Source: Eledone cirrhosa
Taxonomy: Eukaryota
Assembly (NCBI GenBank): GCA_964016885.1
Contig: OZ024746.1
Coordinates: forward strand, 10,354,001-10,418,000
DNA: 64,000 nt
Direction: 5' to 3'
Notes under the pieces: generated by a model
The model's database searches: none
Seen by the model: only the letters and a program-made list of their open reading frames with translations
What the model was told of the DNA's origin: nothing
Made by a program: the position numbers and the translations under genes
Part shown: positions 1 to 13,342 of the stretch, piece by piece
How the letters are laid out: the number at the start of each line of letters is the position of its first letter
Numbering within the stretch: the stretch's first letter is position 1

Positions 1-2591
1 AAATCCCTCTGAAGTCAACTTTGCCTTTCATCTTTTCGTGGTAGGTAAGATAAAGTACCTGTCAGGTACTAGGGTCAATATAATCCACTTTCCCCTTTCT
101 TCAAATTGCTGGCCTTGTACCAATGTTAGAAAAAAATTATTATTATTATTGTTGTTGTTAACTTTAAAAAAAAAATTTTCTGCAATGTCAAAGAAGTGGG
201 ACTGATGCCACAGACTCTCTTCAGATGCACTTACCTAAGAATTAATAGAATCGTATGGGATATATCAAATTTATTTAGTGCACTATGTAATTGAACTTAT
301 TTCTTTTACGCATGAAACGTAATATGTTTCTTGGTTATATGAATCTCTTTTTCCTGTTTAGTTGACAGAAAGCTTAATGGACCTCGCATAAGATAGTTGA
401 GGGAGAGTCTCAATATCAGCTAATTAATCTAAGCCATTGAAAAGTAATGGAAGCAAGTCAAATTGCACATTTATAAACAATGTTTTATCAATACATTAAG
501 TTCCAGTTAAAAACAAGTTCAGTTAGTACAGTGATATTGATCTCTTTCTGCCTTGGCAATAAGACCTTAGTTATTGGAGCCAACCAGGGAGTCTTTATAT
601 GGTCGTTCAACCTGCTAGAAAAAGCATCCAAGTCTCCTGCAAATCACACACTACCATTTAAAAAAAAAAAAATGGTTGCATTGAATAAAGTAATCCAAGG
701 TACACTGTTTCTGGGAAAATTACTAAATGGTCATGTCTTGAATACCTTGAATCATAGATCAACTTGATCAAGACTTATCTGGAGCTAATCAACAGAAATA
801 ATGTTAATCGTTTATTTAGAAGAGTGTATAGTAGTTCAGATCTTTCTAAACTGTTGTCTCAACACTTTAGTATGCCACTGATATTCTCTGGGTGTCTCTT
901 AAAATTAACCTTTCCGATACCAAACTGTTTAAAACTGCCCCTGGTTCTACATAATTAAACTTTTTATTTTAAAGAGTTTAGGTTTATCTAACTGCCTTCC
1001 AGCATAATTCTGTGTGAGAACCTTTAGTAAGATGATGAGAATCTTAGATTACTAAATCCTTCCAAATTCTTATTTTTTAAATTACTTGAAAATTAAAGGC
1101 AGTGTCTTTAATTAGATATACTGGTATGGCAATGAAAGTGTTAAGTTAAATCTGACATCCCAGGTAATTATTTCCTTTATATGTACTCTGCATTATTTGG
1201 CATCACTATCAAAATTAACATGTGAAAAATTTATTTTCAAGAAGTGTGTTGCCTATGTGAACATTTGGAAAGCTCTGGTATAGTAAATTAAATTGAATCC
1301 AAAATATTTAATGTATATTTTTTATCAATCAGTATCAATCACTCCGAGATTATGAAGCAAAAGTCAATTTCAGCAACATTTGAACTTTGGACATTTATTT
1401 AAAAAACTAGATACTAGTCTGGTATAGTAAGTTGAATTAAATCCAGAATGTTATAGGTACTTGTTTTTTATCCATCCCAGAAGTTCATTATCATCGTCGT
1501 TTTACATTTGCTTTCCATGCTTGCATGGGTTAGACTATGAATTATAAAAGCAAAAGTGAATCATGGCAAAATTTGAACTTTGAGCATTTACTAAACAAAC
1601 TAGATACCTTAAAGTCTTGTTTGACTATTATTGTTAGTACTATAATGATATTCTAATATGATGTTACCTGAATCCTGTATAATAAACCTGATGATGGTGC
1701 CGATCAATAATATCCACTTTACTAAAGTTTCTTACCTAATTAAAGAATCATTTTTTTTTAGTCTTGTAATGAGTACATCACATCAGATAACATGTTAACA
1801 TATAGTATTGATTTCTGATAAAGGTTTTGTTATACAACTATAAATAATCCCTTATCTCTATCTCATTGAAGTTATGCTAACATATATTGATTGCTACTAG
1901 AATTGGCCTGATCCTGCAAAAGTTTTTCAAATGAAAATAAAGTTATCTTTCTGATTTCTTCTTAATTTGTGAATATATTTTTCATGCTAGTCTGTGCAAT
2001 TCTAAAGTTTTCTCTATATTTTTTTTGTCAGTAGTCATTGTTATTGTTGTTATTAGGGCGGAAGATTAGCAAAGTACTTAGAATGCTGAACAAATGCATA
2101 GCAGTATTTTTCTCTGGCTCTATGTTCTGAGTTCAATCCCACTGAGGTCAACTTTACTTTTCATCCTGTCTGGATCAATAAAATAAAGTACCAGTGAAGT
2201 ATTGGGATTGATTTAATTGAGATTGCTATCTCCCAAACTGCTGGCCTAGTGTCAAAAGTAGAAATCACTATTAGGAGAGTGGATTCCCAGAATTAATGCA
2301 TTGGACAACATGCTTTGCAGTATTTGTTTTTGTTTTTAGTTCAAATCTTGCTGCGGTCAATATTGTCTTTCGTCCTCCCAAAGGACCTGGTGACACGTTG
2401 TCTACTAATATAGGTTTTGGTTTTGACATGGTTTCTACAGCTGAATGTACTTCCTAACATCGGTCACTTTATAGAGTGTATCCTTATTTAAATTAAAATC
2501 TTGGTCAAAATCTTGTAATCTGAAGGATAACTAATTATCCACCATAATATACGGACGTAAAATGATGATGATGATATTTACAGATATTTTG

Positions 2592-2752
2592 CTATTAATT
2601 TTGAATGTAGATGCAGACATGGCTGAGTGGTTAAGTTCATTTCGCAATCATAAGGTTTCAGGATTAATCTCACTATGTAGTATCTTGGGCAAGTGTCTTT
2701 ATCATTACCTCGAGTCAACATAAGCCTTGTAAATGAAATTGGGCACTGAAAA
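2592..2752 (+). mobile_element. tRNA-derived SINE of a third family (also ~6230-6570)
   Basis: atggctgagtggttaag...atcttgggcaagtgtct...aagccttgt...gaaattgg. Confidence 0.6.
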
Positions 2753-2998
2753 GTCTCGATTATATTAAAACTGAATTTAAACACTAGCAGTCTAATTGTT
2801 AGAAATATAGCCATAAAAACATTAAGGTACTGATATACTAAATTAGTAAATTAGTAACTCTATTATTGACATATACATATATTGCTAGGCCAGACATTTG
2901 TCTAGTTTATATCTAGTCAAAAAATAGCAACTGCTACTTTGCTATTAAGTGATTAATGCTAGATAGATCACCTAGCTACAAAATACTTGCTTCAATAA
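2744..2998 (+). repeat. ~255-bp segment duplicated at 26778-27464
   Basis: cactgaaaagtct.gattatattaaaactgaatttaaacactagcagtcta...gctagatagatcacctagctacaaaata.ttgcttcaataa is present at both sites. Confidence 0.95.
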
Positions 2999-4329
2999 TT
3001 TATGAAACTCTAAATTTAGGAACTATTCCATTAAAAATAACAAAGCAACAAACGAAAAAAGGTACAAAAGGGTTTTTTTCTTTTTTTTAAATGAAATAAA
3101 AATAAAATTGAGATAAAATTAATATTCCATTGGGTGAAAATATTGATTTTTTTTTTTTTTTTTTTTTTTTTTTGATTTTTTTTGATTTTTTTTATTTTTA
3201 TTTATTTATTTGTTTGCGTTGTCAGGATTAAACAAAATAAAAAACAACTAAAATGACATGAAATAATGTAACTTACTGTTGTGCACCATTATCATAATTT
3301 TCTCCATCCAATATCTAACCACCAAAATGTTAGGTGTCACTGATTTTTTTTCTCCCTAGCTTGATTGATTGCTTACTTGCTAGAATGTCTTCTCCCAATG
3401 GTTAGAAACTACTAAAGCTAGGAAGACCAATCTTTTATCAATGTTTTAACAAATTATCGAACCAAAAAGAAATATATATATTTATTTTTATTGTATCAAA
3501 CAAAAGCTTACCAGTATTTGTTCTGATGACTTTACTTTCTGAGTTCAAATCTCACCAACTGCAGTTGATAAAATAAAGTACCTGTCGAGTAAAGTATTGG
3601 GGTTGATATAATTGACATTCCCCTTCTCTTTCCCCTAAATTGCTGGGCTTTTGTCAATGTTAGAAAGAATTATTATTATTATCATTGTTTGAACCATTTT
3701 GTTACCATATTTCTAACGAAATACACTATATGTGTTTCCAATAATTTAAAAAGATTTGTAAGATTTTAGTAAAATATCTAACTTCCCTAGAATATCCCTT
3801 AACAAATGTTCTTACATAAAATTATAATGGAAGGTTTTTTAAAACAAACAGTTTTGTATCACAGAATCTAGGGCTTTTTCAGTCAGTTTTGTATCAAATG
3901 GGTCAAATTTTCCCTTTGCTGTTTTAGCAAGATATCACACTCTGTATAGGGGTTGGCATTAGGAAGCACAGGCAGGCATAGAAAACTTGCCAAGCAAAGA
4001 GTTAAGAATCTATAATGATGTGGTGACTACATGAGCCACAAAGGCTTATAAAACCAGTGGTTAACTATAGGCTGTAGTGTTACGGAACAAAAAAGAAATA
4101 TATTTTGAAATAAATACCAAGCTGTTACAGCAGCTAGGTATAAAATGATGTGTGCTGCTCAGAAAAACTATGAAACACTTGTAATTGTTCTCAATTCATG
4201 ACCTATTGACTAATTGTCTAAAGGTCATACATATTAGCTTTTAACTATTTTTAAACCTTTTGACACCAAGCCTGCTGAAGCTTCTCTGGATTTATGATAC
4301 AAAAATGATCATTTTAAAATGTTTAGACT

Positions 4330-5486
4330 TACGAGAGTTGACTGAAAGTTTCATAGGCTGACCAAGATACTCATGGAATGTGACCAAATGAGGTTTTTCA
4401 ATATAGTTCCCTTTGCGATCCACACACTTCTTCCATTGGTGTTGCAGTACTTGGATTCCATTGGTGACGAAGCTTTCATCCTGTGGTAAAAAGAAGTCAC
4501 CAACAGCAGATAGATATATCATCATCACTGTGATACTGGTTCCCAGCCAAGTGTTTTTCATGTTGAAGGACAGATGGGGTCAAATCAGGAGAATAAGGAG
4601 GGTGATAAACCAGTTCAAAGCCACAGTCACGCACAGCAGCCATTGAAACCAAGTACTTGTGTGCTGGATGAAACAAGACCACTTTCATCAGTTTTTCTGG
4701 GCATTTGGTCTTAGGAACTGCTTCACCAAATTGGCATGGTACTCTCCATTGATGGTGTGGCTCTTTTGAAGATAGTCAATAAATACAATGTCTTTTGCAT
4801 CCCAAAACACTGAGGCCACCACCTTCCTTGCAGATGAATCAACCTTGGCCTTCTTTGGAGAGGTAAGAAGGGGTGTTTCCACTGTATGGATTGTTTCTTT
4901 GTCTCTAGCTGAAAGTGATTAACCCAACACTCATCCTGGGCTAGGAAATGTTCAAGGAAGCCAGCTGGATCTGCCTCAAACAATGTCAAATTTTCCTGTG
5001 ATGTGAACAATCTGGTGTGCTTTTGATCAGGTGTCAGAAGATGTGGCACCCACTGAGTAGAAACCTTCATCATGCCAAGTTCATTGTGCAGAATATTTTC
5101 AACTTCTCACAGGATAGGCTGATAGCATTGACTATTTGATTTATATTTCACCTGTCGTCCATCACTTTATGGTGAATACATAAATGTTTTCCTCGGTGGT
5201 GGCAGTTGCAGGACATCCAGACATTGGGCCATCTTCAAAACTCTGTTTCCTTCCTAAATTCAGCTGCCCACCTTTTCACTTTTGATAAAGCTGGAGCATC
5301 ATACCCTAATGTAGCAACCACGCCAGCATGATATCCTTGGGGGCTAAACCCTTTTTCTGCAGGTACTTGATAACACCATGATGCCAAATTTTGTCCATTT
5401 TCAAGAGATGTTGCTACTGGTTACTTTTAAAATCTTCTTTGAACAGTCAGACATCATTTTGCTTGGAAAGAAACAATGCAGTTTTA
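4330..5486 (-). mobile_element. Mariner-like transposon, frameshifted transposase pseudogene
   Basis: Minus ORFs with WVPHLLT, QDECWV, KVVASVFWD..IVFIDYL...TINGEY and HPPYSPDLTPS. One terminus is TA|cgagagttgactgaaagtttcatagg; the other terminus was not found. Confidence 0.92.
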
Positions 5487-5935
5487 TTTTTAGATCAAGC
5501 TTTCTAATGAAAAAACTTAGTTATTTTATTAAATTCCTCTAAATAGATAGGCAATGTATTTCATTAGGCATATGGTAATGGATGGGTTAAACAAGCTAAG
5601 CTTATTAGAAATATTATAGTGGAACATGATTAAATATAAAGATTCTTTCATGAGTGTTATTTGATTAACTCTTAACATCCTGTACCACATGAAACAGCAT
5701 TAGCAAGGCATTTTTAAAAATATACAAAAAACACTACATTTAAAAGTCTTTACTTTGATACTGAAAATTTTCACAACTTTCTGTCTACTAGTAATGATAC
5801 TACAAACATTTAAATTAACAAACCTGTTACCTGTTTTATATTTTCTGCTAAATAAATACAGAATTAACTTTGGTCAGCTTCAGGCATCTGCTCATAGACC
5901 AATTATAATTGGGTTAAGTATAATAATTATTATAC

Positions 5936-6172
5936 TTAACCCTTTTGTTACTATATTTCTAATGAAAGACTCTGCCAATAATTTTTAACTAATTTTTTAA
6001 ATAATCAAGAATTTGGAAAGATTTAGTAAAATAACTTTTTCTTTAATTTGAAACATAGCTTAACAAAATTTTCTTACATAAAATTATGATGGAAGGTTTA
6101 AATTTAAATATGAACACTTTAAAACAGACTGTTGTTTCATAGAACTAAGGCAGTTTGTTATTAAAAGAGGTT
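5936..6172. mobile_element. Abundant old TTAA-type MITE, family C (copies near 895-1143, 3690-3905, 4252-4329 + 5490-5590, 6935-7400, 8158-8365, 27845-28160, 36513-36750, 40200-40410, 55180-55870, 62750-63003, 63170-63600)
   Basis: Recurrent blocks aacccttttgttaccatatttctaatgaaagac, gatttagtaa.ataac, aaattatgatggaagg and gtatcatagaacc...ggtatcaaaagggttaa. Confidence 0.7.
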
Positions 6173-7178
6173 CCAAGAATAATTATAGTCTAATTTGTTT
6201 ATCATATATTTTCCCTCCTCATAGGTTCAGGCATGGCTGTGTGGTTGTAACATTCTGTTTGCAGCGACATGCTTTTGGGTTTGATCCCATTGGTGGCATT
6301 GGGATGACCAATGCCTTATGAGTGAAATTTGTTAGATGGAAACTATACTGAAGCCCGTTGTGTATGTTGTGCATGTCTCTGCATGCCTTCATATTACTTG
6401 GGCAGCATAGACGTTTTTTATGTTCTGCAGCCCAGTGGAATAAAAGATCTTACTTGAAAGCAGGGATTAACACCAAGAAGAGCATTCAGCTGTAGAATGA
6501 TGCTTCAAGAATTCTCATCCAACTGGGCCAGCATGAAAAAAAACCCCCAAAACGACATAAAATGATGGTGACTGGTGTAGATTTAGTTCATTATTTACAG
6601 TTTCAGAAGTATGTAAACTAAGCAGTTAGGAAAAAGATATTTCAGCTTCTAGTTGAAGTTGCTATCATCAATTTCTGGTCAATAACTAATTAGCAATAGT
6701 TAAACTTTCATATATCTAATGATTATTGCTGTTTATTTTTGTTAGAAGCAAAGAATTAACCATTTCTTTTTATACAAACTCACCTGAGATCATCCTTGAT
6801 TCTATGATAATGTTTTCAAACACCAACTTAATAATAGTTAATTATTTTATTAAATTTTTCAAAATTTTTGATAATTTTCACAAATAACTGAAACACACAG
6901 GCAATATATTACAATATAATTATGGGCACAAAAGCATTACCATATTTCTAATGTAAGACACTGCCTCTGATTTTCAAATAATTTAAAAAATAATCAAGAA
7001 TTTGGAAGGATTTAGTAATATAACCAACTTTAACATTATGAAGCTGGTGTTTGGAACACAAAAGTTTTTATATAAAATAATTTTGGAAGATTAAAAAAAA
7101 TCTTTATATTTAGATATTACCACTTTGAAACAATCAGTCTAATATAACTAGGAGCAGTTTCAGTCAGTTTATTATTAA

Positions 7179-7387
7179 CCCTTTAGCATTTAAACTGGCC
7201 ATATCCGGTTAGAATTCTCTCATCTCTTTTTATTAAAACCAGCTGTAACTGGTAACTCATACTGATGTTAAGGTTCTGTGTTTAAAATAAATAATATCAA
7301 AATCTCATAGATTTTCATATTATGTGAGGTAAAGACTTTACCATGAAAATATAAGAGTAAATATAGAATAATGTAAATGCTAAAGGG
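7179..7387. mobile_element. TTAA-flanked piggyBac-like MITE, family A (also 19950-20158, 41866-42086, partial ~44335-44505)
   Basis: TTAA|ccctttagcattta ... taaatgctaaaggg|TTAA terminal inverted repeats and a shared internal sequence. Confidence 0.85.
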
Positions 7388-8487
7388 TTAAAAGGGTTAA
7401 TCCTTTGTTATCACACGTAGAAGATCAAGAAGCGACGTGAAACAGGTCTAGACTTTTCCGAGTGATCCCAATAAATTTCAAAATTCTTCATTTTATGTAA
7501 ACTGCTTTCATTTGAAATAATTGCTTTCAATTATTCTTCCAAAAAAAAACACACAAACAAAACGCATACACATACACACACTACCCATTAGTTTTCTGTT
7601 AAGCACTCTACCACTAATTACTATCATATTTCTAAAAAAAACTAAATAAAACAACTGCCAAAGTTCGTAAAAAGATGTAGGTTAAACTTGGAAGAGTTAA
7701 GGAGTGTTGTATAATCAGCAAATAATATGTATAAGGTTAATGGGGATTGCCAAGTGGCTGTTGATAAACTGAAGATAACAAATATAAAATAAAACTGAAT
7801 TGACTTCATTAGGGGTGGTGTTGGAAATAGAGCATGGGGGAAACTGGTTACCTTGGTGACCAGCATTTATTGTACTTCATGAAGGAAAATGTTCAGTTTG
7901 GATGTACCATATTATATTAATAGCCTTGTTTCTTTTCGATGGTGTCATGTTATGTAATATTTGCTCATTAGAGAAGTTTTTACAAGTGAAATGGATATAT
8001 ATAAATATATATATTGTTAATAGGGAGAATGGATGTTAAAATTATATATAAGGTTATGATGATGATTGCTAACAGGGAGAATAGATGTTAACTTATATAT
8101 GTCCGAAAATATTTACTTCAGTTCACTGGAAATTTAAAACTGTACTTGCTTATCACTATTAATCCTTTCATTACCATATTTCTAATGAGAGTTGCTGCCT
8201 ATGATTTTCCAATAATTATGAAAATAATTAAGAATTCGAAAGGATTTAGTGATGTAACTAACTTCCCCATTATTAAACTGGTATTTGGAACATAACTTAA
8301 TAAAATAAACAGTTTTGTATCAAAGAATCAGCTGGTTTCAGGAGGTTTGATATCAAAAGAATGAACAAATGTCAATGATTACTATACTAATTATTGTATG
8401 TAATATTTATTTCCTTACTGTTGATAAAGATGTGAAAGCTTAAATGTTGAGTGTATTGGGACCAACAAATAAGATGTCATAGAATTT

Positions 8488-9135
8488 CATCATCATCATT
8501 GTTTTTATGTCCGTTTTTCCATGCTTGCATGGGTTGGACGGATCATTCTTGGCATGGCATCTCTCCACTCGTCGCGTTCCTTTGTCACCTCCTCTCTGAG
8601 TCTGTGATTTGAGGTCAGCTGTCACAACCTCTGCCCAGGTCTTCCTTGGTCTACCTCTATCACAGTTTCTTCCACTGGCATTTCCTGGCATTTTTTCGCT
8701 CAACTTATCATTGTCCATACGCATTACATGCCCATACCAAATGCAGTCTTCTCTCCTGCACACCACCTCAGATTCCTCTCAAACCCAGTTTCTCTCTCAG
8801 TTCATCCAAGCTCTGCTTTTCTCTCACATTTACATTGCACATCCAATGTAGCATTGTTGCTTCATTTCTATCCACAGTTTACACATGTCCTCTGCAGTCA
8901 CAGCCCATGTTTCACTACCATGCAGCATCACACTTGGCACAGAGGCATCATCTTACAGTCATCTTTTTGTATGTAGTGAGAAACCTTTTGTGGTCAACAG
9001 TGGGAGTAGCTCTCTAAGCATTTTCCATCCTCTCCTTATTCTAGCTATTATGCTTTCAGAACACCCTCCTCCATTGCTAATTACGTCACCTAAATAGCAG
9101 AAGCTATCAACCACTTCTATGGGTCCTTCCTGTCA
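8488..9135 (-). mobile_element. RTE LINE 3' fragment, degraded
   Basis: Minus ORF 8440..8766 has WYGHVMRMD and RGRPRKTWAEVV. The upstream part matches the FCYLGD...GGGCSES region; (CAT)n tail at 8488. Confidence 0.88.
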
Positions 9136-9651
9136 TTGGAATCGGTTTACATCACTGGCTCTTTTCCCCTTGTATTGGAATATTTTTATGATTTATTTAT
9201 TCTACATAGTAGGATTTCACATTTATTCTTGTTGAACAAAACATGAAAGTAATGTGATATATATTTTTTCTTCCATTAATATATTTTTTGGTAATTAAAA
9301 TTAATTTTTAAATGGAATATTTATATTTCTATATCTGCAGGCATATAACATTCTATTTTACTGTATGTTTTTAGCTTAATTGAGTTTTTCTGCATCAATG
9401 ATCATTTATGTCATCTATAAATAATTGGAATGTTAAGCTTGCAGTATTTATTTTATTTTGTTAGATAAAGTTTTGTTTGTATTCAAAGCAGTTATTCTTA
9501 GTCCTCGTATTTCTTGTATTTAAGAACTATTCACTTATAAAATTCCAAAGTGCAGTATGTAATTTTATTTAATGTCTCAGAAATGTAATGCTCAAGAGAC
9601 TGATTAGATTTTAGTTGCAATGTTTTTTAAGGTTATTCCTGTAAACATCTA

Positions 9652-9737
9652 AGATCTCTCAAGCTGTCAGTCTTTCTCTTTCTCTCTGTCAGTCTTTCTC
9701 TCTCAAGCTGTCAGTCTTTCTCTTTCTCTCTGTCAGT
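9652..9737. repeat. Short tandem duplication of a CT-rich unit
   Basis: tctctcaagctgtcagtctttctctttctctctgtcagt occurs twice. Confidence 0.85.
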
Positions 9738-11468
9738 TACTCCTTCTCCTCTCAACTTTCAACTGTCTAGTAATCATTTTTATAAGATGGAGCTTGGTTT
9801 CTATGAAGTCAGTGGTGCAAGTCTTGAGCAATTTGTTTATTACTGGAACTTAGTAAGAGGCTTTCTAAGTAGATTTAGTTTTGCTTTCACTTCAAATAAT
9901 GAGAGCTAACAGAGCTGGTTGATATGGAAAGTAACTAAAGATAGAATTGATAAGAAGCTGACATGTTGCCCAATCCATGTAAGAATGAAAAAAAAATTAG
10001 CACGGAACTGTATAGTAATGATACATTTCTTTCTTAAAAGATTGTTGTGGAAGCATATTTTATTTTAATTTTTAATGCACACCATATTGAAGGATGTAAT
10101 TTACTGTTGCTGTTTAGTTAATGCACTTATCTTTCGTCTTCCTGTAAATTCACCTATTACCATACCTCTTAGGCTTCATACTAAAAACAATGTCTAAATC
10201 TTTTTTTTTTTTTACGTCCAAAATATGCTTTCTTTTTAACTTCTTTCTCTTTGTATTTTGTCATCCAGCTATTTTATATCTGTTCATGCTGACATGGAGA
10301 AGATGGGTCGTTGTTGTCTGTGTCAGTTCTTATTTAGAGTTACTGCTCTCCTAGATGTGTTGAGGACCATGTCTTGCTCATTATATTCCATTTTTGGCAT
10401 GGTTTCTATAGCTTGATGCCCTGCTTCATACCAATCACTTTATACTGTATAACAGATGTTTGAAATGACATCCAGCTATAGAAATCATGTCAGAAATGGA
10501 ATACTGAAGCAAGACTTTGTCCCTTATCCTTCTATAAGAATTCAAACTGAATGTTTCATGCTGTCCAAGTTGTTCCTATACCCGAGGAAGATCTGCAAAG
10601 TCTTTGGATACTGCACTTCTTCAATTTCAGCTTTAAAAAAAAAAGCTTTTTTCTCCATATATTCACTTCATTATAAGTTGGCTAAGAAGGTTTGAAGGAA
10701 GTCTGTGTTTAACTTAGCCTTCTGAAGATTCACAAGAAAGATTTGTTGGGGTTTCAACATTTAAGTGCAGCCTTCTGTGTTGTAGTAGAGTGTCAGATTC
10801 ACGAATAGACACAATTTATTTGATACAGCTACTTGATTTTAACCATTTCCTAGGATATTATTTCTATGCAATAGTATAGTGGAAAGCATATTGTGCTACA
10901 ATTTTACAAGTAGTAACATTTTGGATATTACATTAAACTATACAATGTGTACAGTTGGTTGCAGATGTTATTTTCAGTCATGCAGATAAGAATTGTTACT
11001 GTATTTAGTGTTGTATCAAGTTATTGCTCTTACTAATTGTGCTGCTGTCAGTACCATGAGAGCTGCTGCAACTAGTTTGCAATTGCAGTTGTTGTTACAG
11101 CTAACACATATGTAGGTTTAGCTGTCTTCCTATCAGGTTGCATCTCATAAATTTCTAAGGTGTTTTAATGATAGGGGCCTCTACCTTGTTATGAAAAGAT
11201 TCTTTCCTGGACCAAATGCCAGTTTGTTGCAAGGGTTAACTCCTAGCTACCACTGGTACTTATATTATTTTTCAGTTGAGTGGACTAGTCATAGGTTTAA
11301 TTGCAGTTGTTAGCCTTAAATTTAATTACCACTTGAAACAGGTAGGATGTAGAGAGAAATCCTGTCGTTCAGGAGATTTAATAAAAGTTTATGAAAGTGA
11401 CAGGCATCTTGTGTATGAATGTAAAATCATAAAGATCAACTCCATGAAAACTAACATTATTTTAAAAA

Positions 11469-11650
11469 GATTGGCAGTATCGGTAGAGGGTCGGACGCCA
11501 TGCTTTCCAGCATAGTTACGTCCCTTTACGATCTGAGTTCAAATCCCGCCGAGGTTGACTTTGCCTTTCATCCTTACAGGGTCGATAAAATAAAGTGCCA
11601 GTAATGCACAGGGTAATTGCTGGCCTTGTGCCTAAAGTAGAAACAATTAT
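11469..11650 (+). mobile_element. Young tRNA-derived SINE with Meta-type central domain
   Basis: A-box-like tggcagtatcggt, B-box gagttcaaatcc, core gaggttgactttgcctttcatccttacagggtcgataaaataaagtgccag; TSD attattttaaaaag (11456-11469/11646-11659). Confidence 0.88.
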
Positions 11651-12544
11651 TTTAAAAAGTTGCCTAAATATTTGTGTGTATGTGTTTTTTTTCAGAAATG
11701 TCATATTAATAGTAGTAGGTGTGCTCCTAGTAGTTACAAATTGTGATCACTTTTACAAACTGTTTTAATTTGGTTTACCTTCATAAGTTATACACTTTTG
11801 CTTCTACTTTTCAAATAACTCCAATTTGTCTGTTGACTCAATTATTCTCTTTAGAAAATGTTATATAAAAGCTATAAATACTGTCCATCCTGTTCAGGTT
11901 ATAGAAAATGTGGCAATAAGGTTTTTATACATTGCCATTTTAAGTAACATATTTTCGATATTTCAATGTGTCTCTTCACTGGAGAAATTGTCTTTCACAC
12001 TGGAGATGTTTTGCATTGTTAGGATGAAACTAACATCTACTATGCAGTAGAGATATTTCTACCATGTAGTACAGGCACCACCTCTGACCAACAGCCAAAG
12101 GCAGATTATAGACAATAAGGGTGATGAATAACTCAAGTTTACTTCTTAGTTTGGAATGAGGTTTATTTCTTTACTGCATCAAACCACTTGAAACTGGGCC
12201 TGGTATGATACAACACTACCTATTTTAATGTGTTCATCATCATAATTTTTATGTTGATTTTTCTGTGCTGGCAAGGGCTGGATGGGACATTTTGAGGTAG
12301 TGTTTTACAGCAGGATGCCCTTCTTGACACCAACTCTTTTAGTCACTTCTTACAACATGCAGGGATATGGTAGACATAGCATATATGTCATCATCATCAT
12401 CATCATTTTTATATCTGCTTTTCCATGCTTGCGTGGGTTGGTCGGGTCCTTTCCTTTTCAGCAAAACATGTCTCTACTCATCACATTCCTTCATCATATC
12501 CTTAGAGTTTCAGTGATTTAAGATCAGCTCTCACTATCTATCTA

Positions 12545-12586
<42 letters not shown>

Positions 12587-12589
12587 TTG

Positions 12590-12722
12590 AGAGCTGAACC
12601 AGTGCCATCTTCATTGGTTAGGACATATTTGGCGTATGGAGGATGGGACATTACAAAAGACATCCTGTACGGACAGCTGGCCACCACCACCAGGCGAGTG
12701 GGTTGCCCATCACTCCGTTTCA
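12590..12722 (+). mobile_element. RTE/BovB-type LINE C-terminal fragment
   Basis: Translates as LHWLGHIWRMEDG/KDILYGQLATTTRRVGCPSLRF, resembling the BovB-type LRWLGHVxRMEDGRIPKDILYGEL...GRPxLRF motif; sits next to (TA)n. Confidence 0.7.
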
Positions 12723-12816
12723 CTTATTTCACTGGTATAAGTAATTAATGTTCAATTTAAGGCTTAGGGTGAAATTAGAAATAAAGTTAAAATGAAATAT
12801 TCTATATCTTAGGTAT

Positions 12817-13007
12817 ATAATTGTTTCTACTTTAGGCACAAGGCCAGCAATTACCCAGTGCATTACTGGCACTTTATTTTATCGACCCCGTAAGGATGAA
12901 AGGCAAAGTCAACCTCGGCTGGATTTGAACTCGGGTCGTAAAGGGACGTAACTATGCTGGAAAGCATGGCGTCCGACCCTCTACCAATACTGCCAATCCA
13001 CCGCCCT
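12817..13007 (-). mobile_element. Young Meta-type SINE, full length
   Basis: About 6 mismatches to the reverse complement of 11469-11650; TSD ggtatataat (12812-12821/13008-13017). Confidence 0.88.
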
Positions 13008-13281
13008 GGTATATAATGGGTTCGTTTTAGATATCATTGATAGACATGTTTCTGTCTATATATCTCATCAGTGTAGCTCATGAAGAAATAGAAAATTGAT
13101 TTATGTTCTTCAAAATACTATAATAGTTGGTATACAGGATAAAATAAAACTTTGCTTTGCATTAGGAGCATAATGGTAATAAGATTGTGGTGCTGGAATA
13201 CTGATACCATGATGACAGTGGTGTTGATTACCAAATAACCTTTAACAATTTAACTCTTTTTTTGTTCATTATTTTATATAG

Positions 13282-13342
13282 GTGTCCATTCAAAGACAAC
13301 TACAATTCTACTTGATGGGAAAAGAGTGAAACTTCAGTTATG
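13282..13342 (+). CDS. RAB40: Rab40 GTPase, first coding exon visible in the window (switch I/beta2-beta3)
   Basis: tatatag|GT GTC CAT TCA AAG ACA ACT ACA ATT CTA CTT GAT GGG AAA AGA GTG AAA CTT CAG TTA TG|gtaagt = (G)VHSKTTTILLDGKRVKLQL(W). Matches Rab40 KTTTILLDGxRVKLxLW; 61 bp with canonical AG/GT. The upstream P-loop exon was not found in the window. Confidence 0.93.
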
